In this document: positions 51,580 through 64,000 of the stretch, piece by piece
Layout: each line of letters starts with the position of its first letter
How positions within the stretch are numbered: the stretch's first letter is position 1
Origin: Chiloscyllium plagiosum
Taxonomy: Eukaryota
DNA: 64,000 bases
Direction: 5' to 3'
Assembly: GCF_004010195.1 (NCBI RefSeq)
Contig: NC_057713.1
Coordinates: 42,095,727 to 42,159,726 of the forward strand
The notes under the pieces: model-generated
What the model saw: only the letters and a program-made list of their open reading frames with translations
What the model was told of the DNA's origin: nothing
Databases searched by the model: none
Program-made: the position numbers and the translations under genes

Positions 51580-53462
51580 ACACAGTACTCCAGGTGTGGC
51601 CTCCGCAGCACCCTGTACAGCTGCAGCATAACCATCCATCTAGCAATGAAGGACAATATTCCCTTCACTGCCATAATTTGCTGCTGCACCTGCAAACCAA
51701 ATTCCTGTGATTCTTGCACATGGACAACCAGCAGCAGCATGTTGCAATATTTCACTGTTTAAATAATAGTTGGGTTTGCTATTTTTCTGTCAACATGGAT
51801 GGCTTCACATTTTCCATCGTTGTCCTGCATCTGCCAGATTCTTACCCACTCACATAACCTATCTGTATCCCTCTGCAGACGGACACTGGCCATTGCACAC
51901 TTTGCTCTTTCACTCACCTTAGCGTGGTCTGCGAAATCTGATACACTGCACTTCGTTGCCTACTCGAAAACATCTGTGTAAAGTATAAACTAATTGTAGA
52001 CCGAACACTAATCCAAACACCTATTTATTCCCACTCTCTTCTTTTTGTTCCTTAACCAATCCTCTGTCGATGGTAGTATATTTCCTATAATACCGTGCAT
52101 CCTTACCTTATACAGTAGCCTTTTGTGTGGGAAATCCAGGCACGCCATACCCACTGGGTCCCCATTGTCCAACGCGCTCGTCATGTCCTCAAATAATTTG
52201 AGTAAACTAATTGTACATGACCTGCCTTTCATGAATCCATAATATGTCTGCTTGAAAGGACATTTCCTACTCAGCTCGTTACTACTTCCTTGACAGATTC
52301 AATCATGTATGCACTACAGACGGTACGCTAATAGTTCCTTTCTTAAAATAGTAGCATCACATTTGTAGTTTTCCAATCTGTCAGCAACGTCCTGGAATCC
52401 AGCAAGTTTTAGCGAATTATCACAGACACATTTGCTACTTACCCCGCCATCTTTTATAGTCCCCTGGGATGCATTCCATCGCAACAGGAGACCCAACAGA
52501 TAGGCTGTTATCTTTCCCAACACTACCTCTTTCCTGATAATGATTGTTCCGATGTCCACATCTGTCATTGCCCCATACGCGTCTAAAAATGAGACAATGA
52601 GAGTACACAAGCACTATGTTCCTCTTAAGGGAAAGGCTGGGAAGCGGAGGGAATGCTGCTTGTAGAGACAAATTGAGGGCCTGGTCAAGAAAATGATGGA
52701 GGGATATGGCAGTACAGACAGCTTGGTTTGAGTGAATCAATAGAGGAGTATAGGGAGAGGAGGCATATACTTGAGGGAAACCAGAAGGGCAAAAATAAGT
52801 CTTGCGATAGCTTTGAGAAATGGATTTATGGAGAATCTAAAGATATTCAAAAATAAACTAAGGACAAAAGAGTAATCAGGTTGAGAATATAGATCCTCAA
52901 AGATCAACAAGGCTGTCTGTGGAACCACGGGATGTGGGAGAGATACTATCCGAGAATGTCATGTCAGCTTTTACAGAAAGAGGATATTGGAAGCTAATGT
53001 ATTTGGAAAAATAAATAGTGATAACTTTGCAAGTGTCCATACTACAGCGGAAGAGGTACTGGATGGTTTATAAACCATCAAGATGGATAAATACCTGGGA
53101 CCTGATCAGGTTTATCCCAGAACTTTGTGGGAAGCTAGGGAAGTGATTGCTAGACCTCTTGCTGAGATACTTGTATCATCAATAGTCACAGCTGAGGCGC
53201 TGGAAGACGGGCACCGTTATTTGAGAAAGATGATAAGAATAAGCCAGGGAACTATCAACCAGTGAGCCTGAAGTCAATAGCAGGCAAATTTTAAGGGATA
53301 GGATTTACATATAATTGCAAAAGCAAGAAATGATAAGGGACTATCAGCATGGCTTTGTGCATGGAAATCACTAACGTGGATTTCAGAAAGACATTCAACA
53401 ACGTTTCACACAACAGACCAGTTAGTAAGTTAAACACCACGGGATAGAGAGAGAACTCTTTC
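51580..53462. mobile_element. Old CR1 fragments (minus ~51580-52590, plus ~52590-53462) forming the cargo
   Basis: LYRVL.RPHLEYCV and MKGRSC...LFE..T..LD.G.PV...CLDF (minus); DKYLGPDQVYPRTLWEAREVIA.PL (plus). Riddled with indels. Confidence 0.85.
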
Positions 53463-54250
53463 CGATCATTTGGTAGGTGTTGGTATCTGCAAGTAGTTGT
53501 TGTGCTTTTTGGATGTAATCAGATTTATCTAGGATGACCGTCATTCTGCCTTTATCTGCTGGTAGTATGATTATGTTCTTATCGTTTCTTAGTGATTTTA
53601 GTGCTTCCCTCTCCTTGGTGTTGAGGTTATGTGTTTGTCTTTTCCTTATTATCATAGGTACGACAGTTTGTCTCACTGTTTGTTGTGTCTCTTCTGTCAG
53701 TCCATTGTTCCTGAGTGTGCATTCTAGTGCTGCTAGGAAGTCTGCTGTCTTGGCGTCCCTGTGGTTGTAGTTGAGCACCTTGGCCAGTATTGTTCTTTCC
53801 GTGTCTGTGAGCTGTCTGTGGGAGAGGTTTTTAACCCAGGTGTGTGTTGTAGTGTCCTCTTTGTTGTGTGTTAGTTTGGCCATTTTTTCTTTTAGTGCCG
53901 TTTTTTTGCGGTGTGTTGTCCTGTTCTGTCCTATGGTGACAGGCTGTTCTATGGTCGGGTCCATTCATGATTCGTGGTTTTTTAAATTAACGACTTTTGG
54001 CGCGCAATTTCATGTCTGTATCTGTGAAGTCGGTTGTGCGTGTCTGTGATCATTACCTGGATCATCCTGAATCCGTTCTGCTTGGCTGTTTCCCTGGATT
54101 GTGGGTTGTTGACTGGCGGTCTGTATCTGACACATTGTGGAAGGATTCGATTCTTTCGGCATTCGTGTAGGAACCAGAGTTGTTCGTATGTGGCGCTTAG
54201 TCGGTTAGCGCAGGATTCCCATTTCCTGGCTTGTCTCAGCGTCTCTCGCT
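53463..54250 (-). pseudogene. PLE family A ORF N-terminal/pre-RT fragment
   Basis: FLHECRKNRILP, WVKNLSHRQLTDTERTILAK.LNY and EREALKSLRNDKNIIILPADKG.MTVILD..DY, all PLE hallmarks. Confidence 0.9.
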
Positions 54251-54322
54251 GGAAGTGGCAGGGACAGACCACTATAAACACCGGAAGAAACATCAAAGAA
54301 GCGCTTCGTAGGAGGCTCCCAA

Positions 54323-54362
54323 GCACTGATGATGTCGCCTAGCCAGGGGACGAAACGTTTGC
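54323..54362 (+). ncRNA. Minimal hammerhead ribozyme (intact core)
   Basis: Identical to 4855-4894. Confidence 0.75.
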
Positions 54363-55212
54363 AACAAAAACCTCCAGCTCGGCGAACAGAACCACAACAT
54401 GTATAGGTATGCATTGAAATTGTTTTTTATTACAACTTTAGATCCAAAAATTCACAATAATATGATATATCTTAAAAAATAAGTCAGCATCCTTCACTAA
54501 TAATGGGAGGGGGAAGTCATGACCTGAATTGAATTGTTTCGCTAGACAAGCTAGGGTTAAACATGAACTTCAGTCAAACTAAGGGAAGATCAGAAAATCC
54601 TGCATGGAAATCAATGTGCCTCATTCATGCTGCTCTCAGGTTTATGGCCAGTAAGATAAATAGCTGCACAATCAAGGGCATAATAATTTGAATGCATGAA
54701 CTTTGTCGTTACTTTCGATCTGTACTCTTGCAGAGGTAAATCTCCATGCTAAGAGCTGAGTCCCACAATTATGGAGCCTTTCTTTGTCACTTTTCTTAGG
54801 CCTTCAGCAGATTCACTGCAAACAACAGACCCTGTCATGCCACATGAATACTTCACATCCTCTGTGAGCAACAGCAAATGTCCTCCATCAAAAATGTGAT
54901 CACATTTCGTAATTATCGATTTTGACAACACTTTCAGGGCTTTGTTATTAAGTTTGCTTTACCCATTTGCTAATCAGTCATTCACACCTTAAATTGTGCA
55001 CTTCGCAATTGGTTTATGAAACTTTTAACCATATGTATTTTTAATTGTAACTATGTAGGTGCTCTAATAACTGCACATATTTTCATCATTGTTATGAATT
55101 TATCAAATTTCAGAAAAATTCAAGAGAAAGCATACACTTAACTTGTTTGTGGGAAAAGGAATGTGAAGTTATAGTTACTAATGAGCTGTGAAAAGTCAGG
55201 TAATCAATTTAT

Positions 55213-55232
55213 GCTTCCACTAGATGGTGCTC
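55213..55232 (+). promoter_or_regulatory. Candidate CTCF site
   Basis: CCACTAGATGGTGCT matches CCACYAGRKGGCRS with one mismatch, in non-repeat-looking DNA. Confidence 0.45.
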
Positions 55233-55789
55233 TATGATGGTACGAGTATGTGTGGATGTGTGGAACACGGAAATGGGTAATCCATTACTGTGTGGTAATA
55301 AAAATGTCAATTGAGCTTATATAATTTGTAATCTTAAAAATGTGGATTATCAAAAGAAGGGCTTCTGACCTTGCTCATCAAGATTACTGTGAACAATTTA
55401 AAATCTCTAATTGTCTGATTCATATAAAAAAAGTAATTATAAAGGGTTTTGGAGAAAACTATCCCTTATTTATACAGGATGGATACACTTAAATTAACTT
55501 TATTACTTAAGAATTTAAGATTGGCAGTTTATTTGACACTGTACTTCAAGGGGTACCATCACACTAAAAATTAATCTTCCCAAGTTGTTCAATTTAATAT
55601 TCTAGTTTAAAGCACGACAGCCAAATATATTTTTGTACAATTTAATGTTACCATCAAGTTATGCCGACTTCTTGCTATACAATGGCTTAGTTGAATTTGT
55701 AATATTCTGCATCTATATAAATGAAAAATAAGGTTGTACCATTTGTATACAAGAGGGCATGCTAGCAATGCAGGCAATGCCAAAAATGA

Positions 55790-57770
55790 GATGTCCACCT
55801 GGTGAAGCTGCAGTATGGGACTACTTATGTACGAAGCATAGAAAAGATCATGTGACAGATAGGGCTAAGCAATCCAACAACCAAATGGATCAGATCATAG
55901 CTCGGCAGTTCTGCCTCATCCAGTCATGAATGACCATGGAAGATTAAACAACAGGAACAAATGACCTCATCTTTAACAATGGGGGAGGCCAGCACATGAA
56001 TCTGAAAGATAAGACAATGAAGCATTTTCAGTTGTCTTCAACCAGAAGTGCTGAGTGGATGATCCTTGTCAATCTCATCCTGAGGGCCCCAATATAACTG
56101 CTGCTTGTCTTCAGCCAACAGCTGAAGAAATTTGATGCTGCAAACACTCTGACGACATTATGATAATAGTACTAAAGACTTATGCTTCAGAACGTGCCAT
56201 GCCAATACCCAAGCTGTTCAAGTACATCTACTGCAGCGGCATCTACCTGGCAATGTGGAAAGATATCCAGTTATGTTCTGTCCACAAAAGCAAATCAATT
56301 ACTACTTGGCCAATTACTGTTCTAGAAGTCTATTCTCAGGCATCAGCGGAGTGATGGAAGGAATTGCTGATATTGATATCAAGCAATACATGATCAGAAA
56401 TAACCCAATGCTCACTGATGCTCAGTAGGTTCTGCCAGAGTCTCCCAGCTCCTGACATTATTGACAACTTTGGTCCAAACATGAACAAAAGAGCTGAGCT
56501 AAAGAGGCGCGGTGTGAATATCTGCCCTTGATATTGCCACATATGGCATTGGGAAGCTCTAGAAAACTGGAGTCTATGGGAACCAGTATAAAACCTCTCC
56601 ACTGGTTGGAGTCATTCCAGTACAAAGGAAGATGGTTGGAGGCCAATCATCTCATTCCTAGGGCATCTCTGCAGGAGTTCCTCAGGCTAATGCGCTAGGC
56701 CCAACTATCTTCAGCTGCTTCATCAATGACTTTCCCTCTATCATGAGGTCAGAAGTGGATGAGTGGATCAGAATATTCTCTGATGATTGCACAATGTTCA
56801 GAACCATTCATGACCCATCAAGCATTGAAGTAGTCCATGTCCATGTGCGCCAATACCTGGAAGCCATCCAAGCTTGGGATGACAAATCGCACTTAGCATT
56901 CACACCACACAAGTTGCAGGCAATGAACGTCTCAAACAAAAGACAAGATAACCATCACCCCTTGACATTCAATGCGGTTACTATGACTGAATACCTCACT
57001 ATCATCATCCTTTGTTGCCATTGACTGGAGGCTGAAGTGCAGCAACCTGATAAATACTTGGCCACAAGAGCAGATCAGATGATAGGAATTCTGCGGCGCA
57101 TAAGTTATCTCTTGCCTCCACAGTGTCAGTCTACCATCTACAATACACAAGTCATGAGTGTGATGGAATACTTCCTACTTGCCTGGATGAGTGTGGCTCC
57201 AATAATAATCAAGAAGCTTGACTCCATCCAGGTTACAACAACTCGGCTGATTGGCACTCTGTGCATAAACATTCACTGCTTCCACCACTGATGCACAGTG
57301 GTAGCAGTAGGTATCATTTACATTCCTGATGAAGAGCTTTTGCCCGAAACATCAATTTTCCTGCTCCTCGGATGCTGCCTGACCTGCTGCGCTTTTCCAG
57401 CTCCACTCTAATGTAGACTCTGGTTTTCAGCATCTGCAGTCCTTGTTTTTACCATTTACAAAATGCAGAGTAATAACTCACTCAAGATCTTTCTACAGCA
57501 CATTCCAAACCTGCAACTTCTCCCCTCTCGAAAGACAAGAACTGAAGATACATGAGAACCTGCAAGATTTCCTCCAAAGCCACACGCTGTTCTGACTGAG
57601 AGCTATATCGCTGTCTCTTCGTTGTCACCAGAACAATGGAATTCCCCTCCTAACAGCACAGAGGATCAAGACTGTAGCAGTTCCAGTAAAGGCATTCACT
57701 ATCACCTCCTCCAGGCCAAACAGGGATAGGCTATAAATGTTGAGCATCCTATGAACGAATAAAACAAAAA
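55790..57770 (+). mobile_element. Decayed CR1-group LINE ORF2 (RT to 3' UTR)
   Basis: VLKTYASE.A.P..KLF, GVPQA..LGP.IF..FIND, IFSDDCT, STIYNTQV.SVMEY; ends gaataaaacaaaaa. Confidence 0.85.
57323..57452 (+). mobile_element. PLE family B pLTR with hammerhead motif and 8-bp TSD
   Basis: CTGATGA-A-GAGC(TTTT)GCCC-GAAA-CATC at 57326-57353; catttaca at 57315 and 57453. Confidence 0.75.
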
Positions 57771-58489
57771 TTGCACAACCCAGCCATCATTTCAAGTGGA
57801 AAGTTTGTATAGCTCTCTTTGACATCACAGGGCACTGTGCAACTCAAATTCTCACATTGTCCCAAATATTGTCCAAGTCATGCATTGGAGCTTCAAAATT
57901 TGTTATTGCTGTCTAATATAATTAAGAAACAGCAACAAAGTAAACTGATTAATTTGCTTCTGACTTACGAGAGATGATGGCCGTTAGTAATACAAAACAT
58001 GAGCCCACCTGTCACACAACATTACTGATAGCCATATTGAGATAATTGTCATAGTGCCTTATTAAGTCACTGTTAACAAACATTTGAAAATGTCTGTGGA
58101 ATTAAATATTCAAGCCTTCAAAACAGTGGGGTCGTGATATCTCAAACAGTCAGACTGTTAAATATTTCAGGACTCAAAATTGGTGTAAGAGAGCTTTGGA
58201 GAACTATAACAGCGATTGCAGGGCTTCCACCTCATGAAGGGGTGCTGCACCTCATGGAAAACCACAAACAACAGCACTGTGGTGCTCCCAGGCCAGTGTG
58301 ATGTACTGCACAAAGTGAACAGCCTGGAACAGTCATGTCAGACTCTGAGCACTGATTAAAGGGGAGTATGCGAGAAGCCGAGGATCCTGAACTTTTGAAG
58401 TTGGCCCAACAATGGCAGGAAGGGATGTAAGGTGAGCCTCAATTGTAGAACCCCTGAAGCCAGTGAGAAATTCAACCTAAGGCCGAGGA

Positions 58490-59690
58490 TACAAAAAAAT
58501 GAAAATGCTGGCGAAACTCAGTAGGTCTGGTGGCACCTATGTCGAGAAAGCAGAGTTAACATTTTGAGTCCGGCGACTCTTCATCAGAACTGGTAGCAGC
58601 TAGGAAAATGTGGTATTTATGCTAAGACAAAGTGGGGTAGGCAAAGAGGTGACTGTATAGGTGGAGATAGGGCTCAGAGAGGTAGAGAAATATGGAAGTG
58701 ATAGGGGAACAAGAAGATTACAGATAGTAGGCTAATAAATAATAATGAGAGGTGGAGTAGGAGAGAATGGGTGGGCTGTACTGAAAGCAACCCATGACCC
58801 AAATGTGGGGTTGGGTGTAAAACATAGAAGGACAGAATCAGGTTGTAAAGTTAATGAACTCAGTGTTGAGTCCAAGAGGTTACAGGGTCCCCAAGCAGAA
58901 AATGTTCTTCAAGCTTGTGCTGAGCTTTGCAGGAGCATTGCCTGAGACAAAGATGTTGTCCTGGGAACAGAGTGGCATGTTGAAGTGGCAAGCATATGGA
59001 AGCTCAGGCTCCTTTTTGTAGACGGAATGTAGGTGTTCTGCAAAGTGGTCACCCAGTCTGTATTTTTGTCTCCCTAGTGTAGAGGAGACTGCATTGTGAG
59101 CAGCGATTACACTAGACTAGATTGACTGAAGTGCAAATAAATTGTTACTTCCCCTGCAAGCTGTGTCCACAGCCTTGAATGGTGAGATGGTCACACCTTC
59201 TGCAGTTGCATGGAAAGATGATGTGGGAGTATGAAGAGATGTTGGGAGTGCAGGAAGAATGTACCAGAATGTCTCAGCCAGAATGGTCCCTGTGGAATGC
59301 TGACAAACGCAGCGAGGGGACTTTGTGTCTGTTCCTGGCATCTCATTGGAAGTGATAGAATGCTGTTAGTGGATTTGGGGACCCTTTCAGTGTAGTGACA
59401 GGGAAACAAAGAGTTGACAACAGAAGTGTGAGAGATGGGTCAAACATAGCTGAGGGCCCTGTCAACCATTGTGGTGAGGAATTCTTGGTTGAGGAAAAGG
59501 ATGGACATTTCTGAGGCCTCCCTGCAGATGGTGGCATTATCAGAATGGATGCAATGGAGATGGAGAAACTGGAAGAATAGGAGGGAGTCCTTACAGGAAG
59601 CAGGATGTGAGAATGTATAGTCCAGGTAGTCAGTAGGTTTGTTGTGAGTATTGATGGCCCATGTTTGCAGAAATGGAAACCATAATAAAA
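58490..59690 (-). mobile_element. Decayed PLE (family B-related): RT C-terminus, GIY-YIG and pLTR
   Basis: Minus strand YLDYT.SHPASCKDSLPF.QFL.L..I.SD and SNLV..RCSQC.LLY..ETK.RLGDHFAEHL. Hammerhead remnant AGTT-CTGATGA-A-GAGTC(GCCG)GACTC-AAAATGTT-AACT at 58554-58591. Confidence 0.8.
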
Positions 59691-61440
59691 CTTGAGAGAC
59701 GGTAGAAAGGATTTACAAAGATGTTGCTGGGATTGGAGGGTTTGAGCTATAGAGAGAGGCTGAATAGGCTGATGCTATTTCCTTGGAGCATCGAATGCTG
59801 AGGGTGTGACCTTATAGAGGTTTATAAAATCATGAGGGAACATCAATAGGGTGAATAGCCAAAGTCTTTTTCTTAGAGTAGGTGAAAACTAGAGGACATA
59901 GGTTTAAGATAAGAGGGGAAAGATTTAAAAAGGACCTAAAGGGTAACTTTTGCACGCACAGGGTGTTGTGTTTATGGAATGAGCTACATGGGGAAGTGAT
60001 GGAGACTGGTACAATTATAACATTTGAAAGGCATCTGGAAGGGTGTAAAAATAGAGTCATAGAGATGGACAGCATGGAAACAGACCCTTTGGTCCAACCC
60101 GTCCATGCCAACCAGATATCCCAACCCAATCTAGTCCCACCTGCCAGCACCCAGCCCATGTCCCTCCAAACCCTTCCTATTCATGTACCCATCCAAATGC
60201 CTCTTAAGTGTTGCAATTGTACCAGCCTCCACTACTTCCTCTATCAGCTCATTCCATATTCCTATAGCTCAAATTCTCCAACCCTGGCAACATCCTTGTA
60301 AATCTTTTCTGAACCCTTTCAAGTTTCACAACGTCTTTCTGATAGGAAGGAGACCAGAATTGCACACAACATTCCAATAGTGTCCTAACCAATGTCCTGT
60401 ACAGCTGCAACATGACCTCCCAACTCCTGTACTCACTATTCTGATCAATACTCTGATCTATACTATCTACCTGCGAATCCACTTTCAAGGAGCTATGAAC
60501 TTGCACTCCAAGGTCTCTTTGATCAGCAACACTCCCTAGGACCTTACCATTAAGTGTATAAGTCATGCTAAGGTTTGTTTTCCCAAAATACAGCAGCTCG
60601 CATTTTTCTGAATTAAACTCCATCTGCCACTTCTCAGCCCATTGGCCCATCTGGTCAAGATCCTGTTGTAATCTGAGGTAACCCTCTTCGCGGTCCACTA
60701 CACCTCCAATTTTGGTGTCATCTGCAAGTTAACTAACTGTACCTCTTATGCTCACATCCAAATCATTTATGTAAATGACAGAAAGTAGAGGACCCAGCAC
60801 CGATCCTTGTGGCACTCCACTGGTCACAGGCCTCCAGTATAAAAAATAACCCTCCACCACCACCCTCTGTCTTCTACCTTTGAGTCAGTTCTGTATCCAA
60901 ATGGCTAGTTCTCCCTGTATTACATGAGATCTAACCTTGCTAATCAGTCTCCCATGGGGAACCTTGATGAACACCTTACTGAAGTCCGTATACATCATAT
61001 CTACCGCTCTGCCCTCATCAATCCTCTTTGTTATTTCTTCAAAAAACTCAATCAAATTTGTGAGGCATGATTTCCCCCCACACAAAGCCATGTTGACTAT
61101 CCCTAATCAGTCCTTGCCTTTCCAAATACATGTACATCATTTACCTCGGATTCCCTCCAACAACTTGCCCACCACTGACATCAGGCTCACTGGTCTATAG
61201 TTCCCTGTCTTGTCCTTACCACCCTTCTTAAACAGTGGCACCATATTTGCCAACCTCCAGTCTTCCGGCACCTCACCTGTGACTATCGATGATACAAATA
61301 TCTCAGCAATATGATATGGGTTTAGAGGGATATGAGCCATATGCTGGCAAGTGGGACTAGGTCAGATTGGGATGCCTGGTTGGCATGGACAGGTTGGACT
61401 GAAGAGCCTGTTTCTGTGCTGGTTGACTATGACTCTATGA
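59690..61440. mobile_element. Nested CR1s: plus-strand 3' end interrupted by a minus-strand CR1 (60050-61310)
   Basis: TRGHRFKIRGERFKKDL (plus); WRLAN.VPLFKKG...NYRPVSL, SCLTNLIEFFE, DFSK.F.KVPH and LQQDLD..W..KWQMEFN (minus). Confidence 0.9.
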
Positions 61441-61979
61441 ATGGATGTCAAAGAAGGAAAAGAAGGAGTCAGCGATAGACCAGGTGAAGGTGGGAACAAG
61501 GTGGAAATTGGAAGTGAAATTGATACATTTGATTTGATAAATAAGGCTGAGATAGTCAAGAGAAATATGAAACCCTCAACGTTCTCAACTTTCCTGAGTC
61601 CTCTGACAGAAGATGTAGTTGTGGTGCCTGTGCCAGTGATGATGCTGTCATTGGAGAGATACAGGCCATGCAGTCACACACATGACTAACTGTGTCACTA
61701 CAATGTGTTGATTTTGTTCAGCATAAGTTGTTAGTATCAACAATGAAGTAAATAAAGTCATGGTTATTGCCAACAGTTAGAATGCTGTTTATATCTCAAC
61801 GTCAAACAGTAGTTACAATGTACAGATATCATCAGCTTCTCACTGGTGCCAAAGGAGATTGCAGCCAGTAGTCTATCTGTCTGCAACTAAGAGTTTGTGA
61901 AGACTGAACGCGTGGTTGTACTTCTGGTGAAAGCTCATTCTTGGTGCACTGCCAGGCATCTGGCCTATTATTATTCAGT

Positions 61980-63100
61980 CATCAGGGTCCTTCAGCTAAA
62001 CCGTAGCTAAATTATTGCATCTCTCACGGAAATGGTCCTGCAGAGCATCTGTTCTGAGTTTCGAGACTTGGCCAACTCTATCCTTTTCTGCGGCACTCTG
62101 TGCAAATGAAAATTCCATAAGATGATATCCACCATCCAGTTTTCTTGTTCCTCATCAGCTGATATGGGTCCTTCCTTGTGGCAGTTACTCCTCTTCGCTG
62201 TGCTATATTGTGCAGCATGCAGCCTGCAACCATGATGAGAGGCAGCCTGGTAGAGAGAGATGAAGCACAATTGTAATCCAGACAACAAAAATACATCTTG
62301 AGGCTCATTGAGGTTTTTGGTTAGTTGATGGCTTTCACTGTACCAGTGTTGGGGCTCCATTTGAGGCTGTGGTGTAAGGAATCGTTCCTCCAATGGGTAG
62401 CTCTTGCTGTCAAGAACCCAGCTGTGTACCCAGGGAATTGGACAACTGAGCAGCAAACTGTTTGACAGAACAAATCATGGCTACTGTTAGGAAAGCTTGG
62501 AGCAAGTTTTTCCTGTGATCACACACCAGCTGCATACTGAGTGAGCGATATGTCTTCCTGTTAATGAATCTATAGACTGGTACCCTGACGTCCACACTCA
62601 AGAATGTCCTGCACTTGGGGCCGTTTGGAGAATCCTATTGCACTCCATGGTGTCACAATCAAATCAGTTAGCCTTGGTAAAGAGGGCATCTATCACTGAG
62701 TTTCATAACTGTGCCTGAGAAGGATGCTGATGTAAAGAATCACTTTCATTGCTACTGACATGGTCAATCCATGCGTGGGGAGAAGTTAGAGTTTGCTATT
62801 GGTGAGGGCACAGATTTCTGTCGTCATCCTCCTGGAGAGTCTCCTGCATTGGCGCGTGGTGATTTTGAAGTCACTATGCCAATTGCAGTATGTCTTGTGC
62901 TCCAGCAGACTCTTTGCTCTTTCTTCTTGATAATGGCTCCTCACATGTGCCCTCCTGCTGTCTGGGGCATGTTCGTAATTGTCAGATGCTGCCTCGAGGA
63001 TCTCAAAGGGTGAGAGAGCTGCGTTCATTCCATCCTTCATGTCAGGGAGGATGCCTGGCAAAATGCCCTAATACCCATTGGTTGCAATTAAGTGTGCAAT
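61980..63100 (-). pseudogene. Harbinger (HARBI1-like) transposase fossil
   Basis: QCRRLSRRMTTEICAL, FINRK.Y.SLSMQLVCDH, D.K.YPL...LTP and IMVAGCMLHNIA..RG. Confidence 0.8.
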
Positions 63101-64000
63101 CCTTGAGATGACAAGGACTTCAACATTCTTTTGTGAAACTGCAACTGAAATTTTCCAGGCTAACATCTTTGGATTTTAAGGCAGTGCATTGAAGTTGCAC
63201 AAGCTGCTTTGCCTTCTGAGTGGAGTCCAATCGTCTTCATGCATTCATCTTGAAGACATGATTTAAAAGAGCGTTGAAATTATGGCTGACTCCGTGGTAA
63301 TGGCCAACATTCTGAAGTCAGTCCTGACTGGGTTCTATATTGGTGCATTTGGGCCCATGACCCTATTCTCTTTCCTGTGCCACCGGATGTGGCCAGAGAC
63401 TGAAAGAAACATGGAAAACCTAGGTTTTTGCATTTTGGCAGCATTTTGTTTCTGATCAAAGGATGACAGGCCTTAGTAGTTGTCGCAGTGTTATGTACAT
63501 TGATTCTAGCGGTTTGTGATCACAGTTACCTATTTTGGCAGTTAATGATTTATCGCAATGTTCTGTTAGTTTACTCAGAAGTAGCAGTTTCGATGTGGTA
63601 CATTAGTTAATTAGGCAAAAAAAGGAAATGTATGACTCGTGACAGATGATAATATTTTACCGATCTCAAAGCCATTCTGTGGAATGGAGGAGTAGACACG
63701 GCTCACTCCCATGAACCAGTGGTTCCATGTGATATTGGTCGCTCATAATCTTTGGTGGTCTCAGTAACAACAATCTTTGTTCCTCCTTAAATTGATGTTG
63801 GTGAACTCCTGGTCTTTCCCCAAGGAGATGGTATGGCTTTTCTCCCTGAATTTTCTTGCACCTTTCTCCCTTCCTGTTGGTGCTCATAGACCTTATTTTG
63901 GGAGCTGCCCTTCAATCCTATGACAATCACCTGTCTAACACTTCTGGACCAATGGTCACAGGACAACTACTCATGATGTCTGATGACCATTAGCGCATTG

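Larger units (their letters stand above)
51396..54398. mobile_element. Composite PLE insertion 2 (inverted arms, internal CR1 cargo, 12-bp TSD)
   Basis: TSD atgtataggtat at 51384-51395 and 54399-54410. Arms 51396-51579 (-) and 54251-54398 (+) have the same end points as composite 1. Confidence 0.85.

Noticed and set aside
62007-63061. Domesticated HARBI1 gene
   Set aside because: Motifs are split across frames by stops and frameshifts; a transposon fossil.
1-64000. CRISPR arrays, operons or prokaryotic defence systems
   Set aside because: No regularly spaced repeat-spacer array and no gene-dense coding; the DNA is eukaryotic and repeat-rich.

Overview
This is AT-rich, repeat-dense vertebrate genomic DNA. 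HE1-type SINEs and the CR1/Penelope repertoire point to a cartilaginous fish, probably a shark (inference). I found no intact host protein-coding gene; most ORFs in the track are transposon fragments or noise. Contents: many CR1 and L2 LINE fragments, HE1 and other tRNA-derived SINEs, two decayed Gypsy elements plus a solo LTR, two Harbinger transposase fossils, and a Tx1-clade ORF1 (ZCCHC3-like, 3x CCHC) preceded by a U2-snRNA-like head and cut by a 500-N gap. There is also a decayed tRNA-iMet copy, a probable intronless type I keratin-like pseudogene, and two Penelope-like (PLE) families carrying about 9 minimal hammerhead ribozyme motifs. The most striking structure is two independent TSD-flanked PLE insertions (3205-4930 and 51396-54398). 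They have the same end points and inverted ribozyme-bearing arms, and in both the middle of the PLE ORF is replaced by old, unrelated host repeat DNA, suggesting PLE-mediated capture or mobilisation of genomic sequence. All alignments were done by eye, so boundaries of degenerate repeats are approximate.
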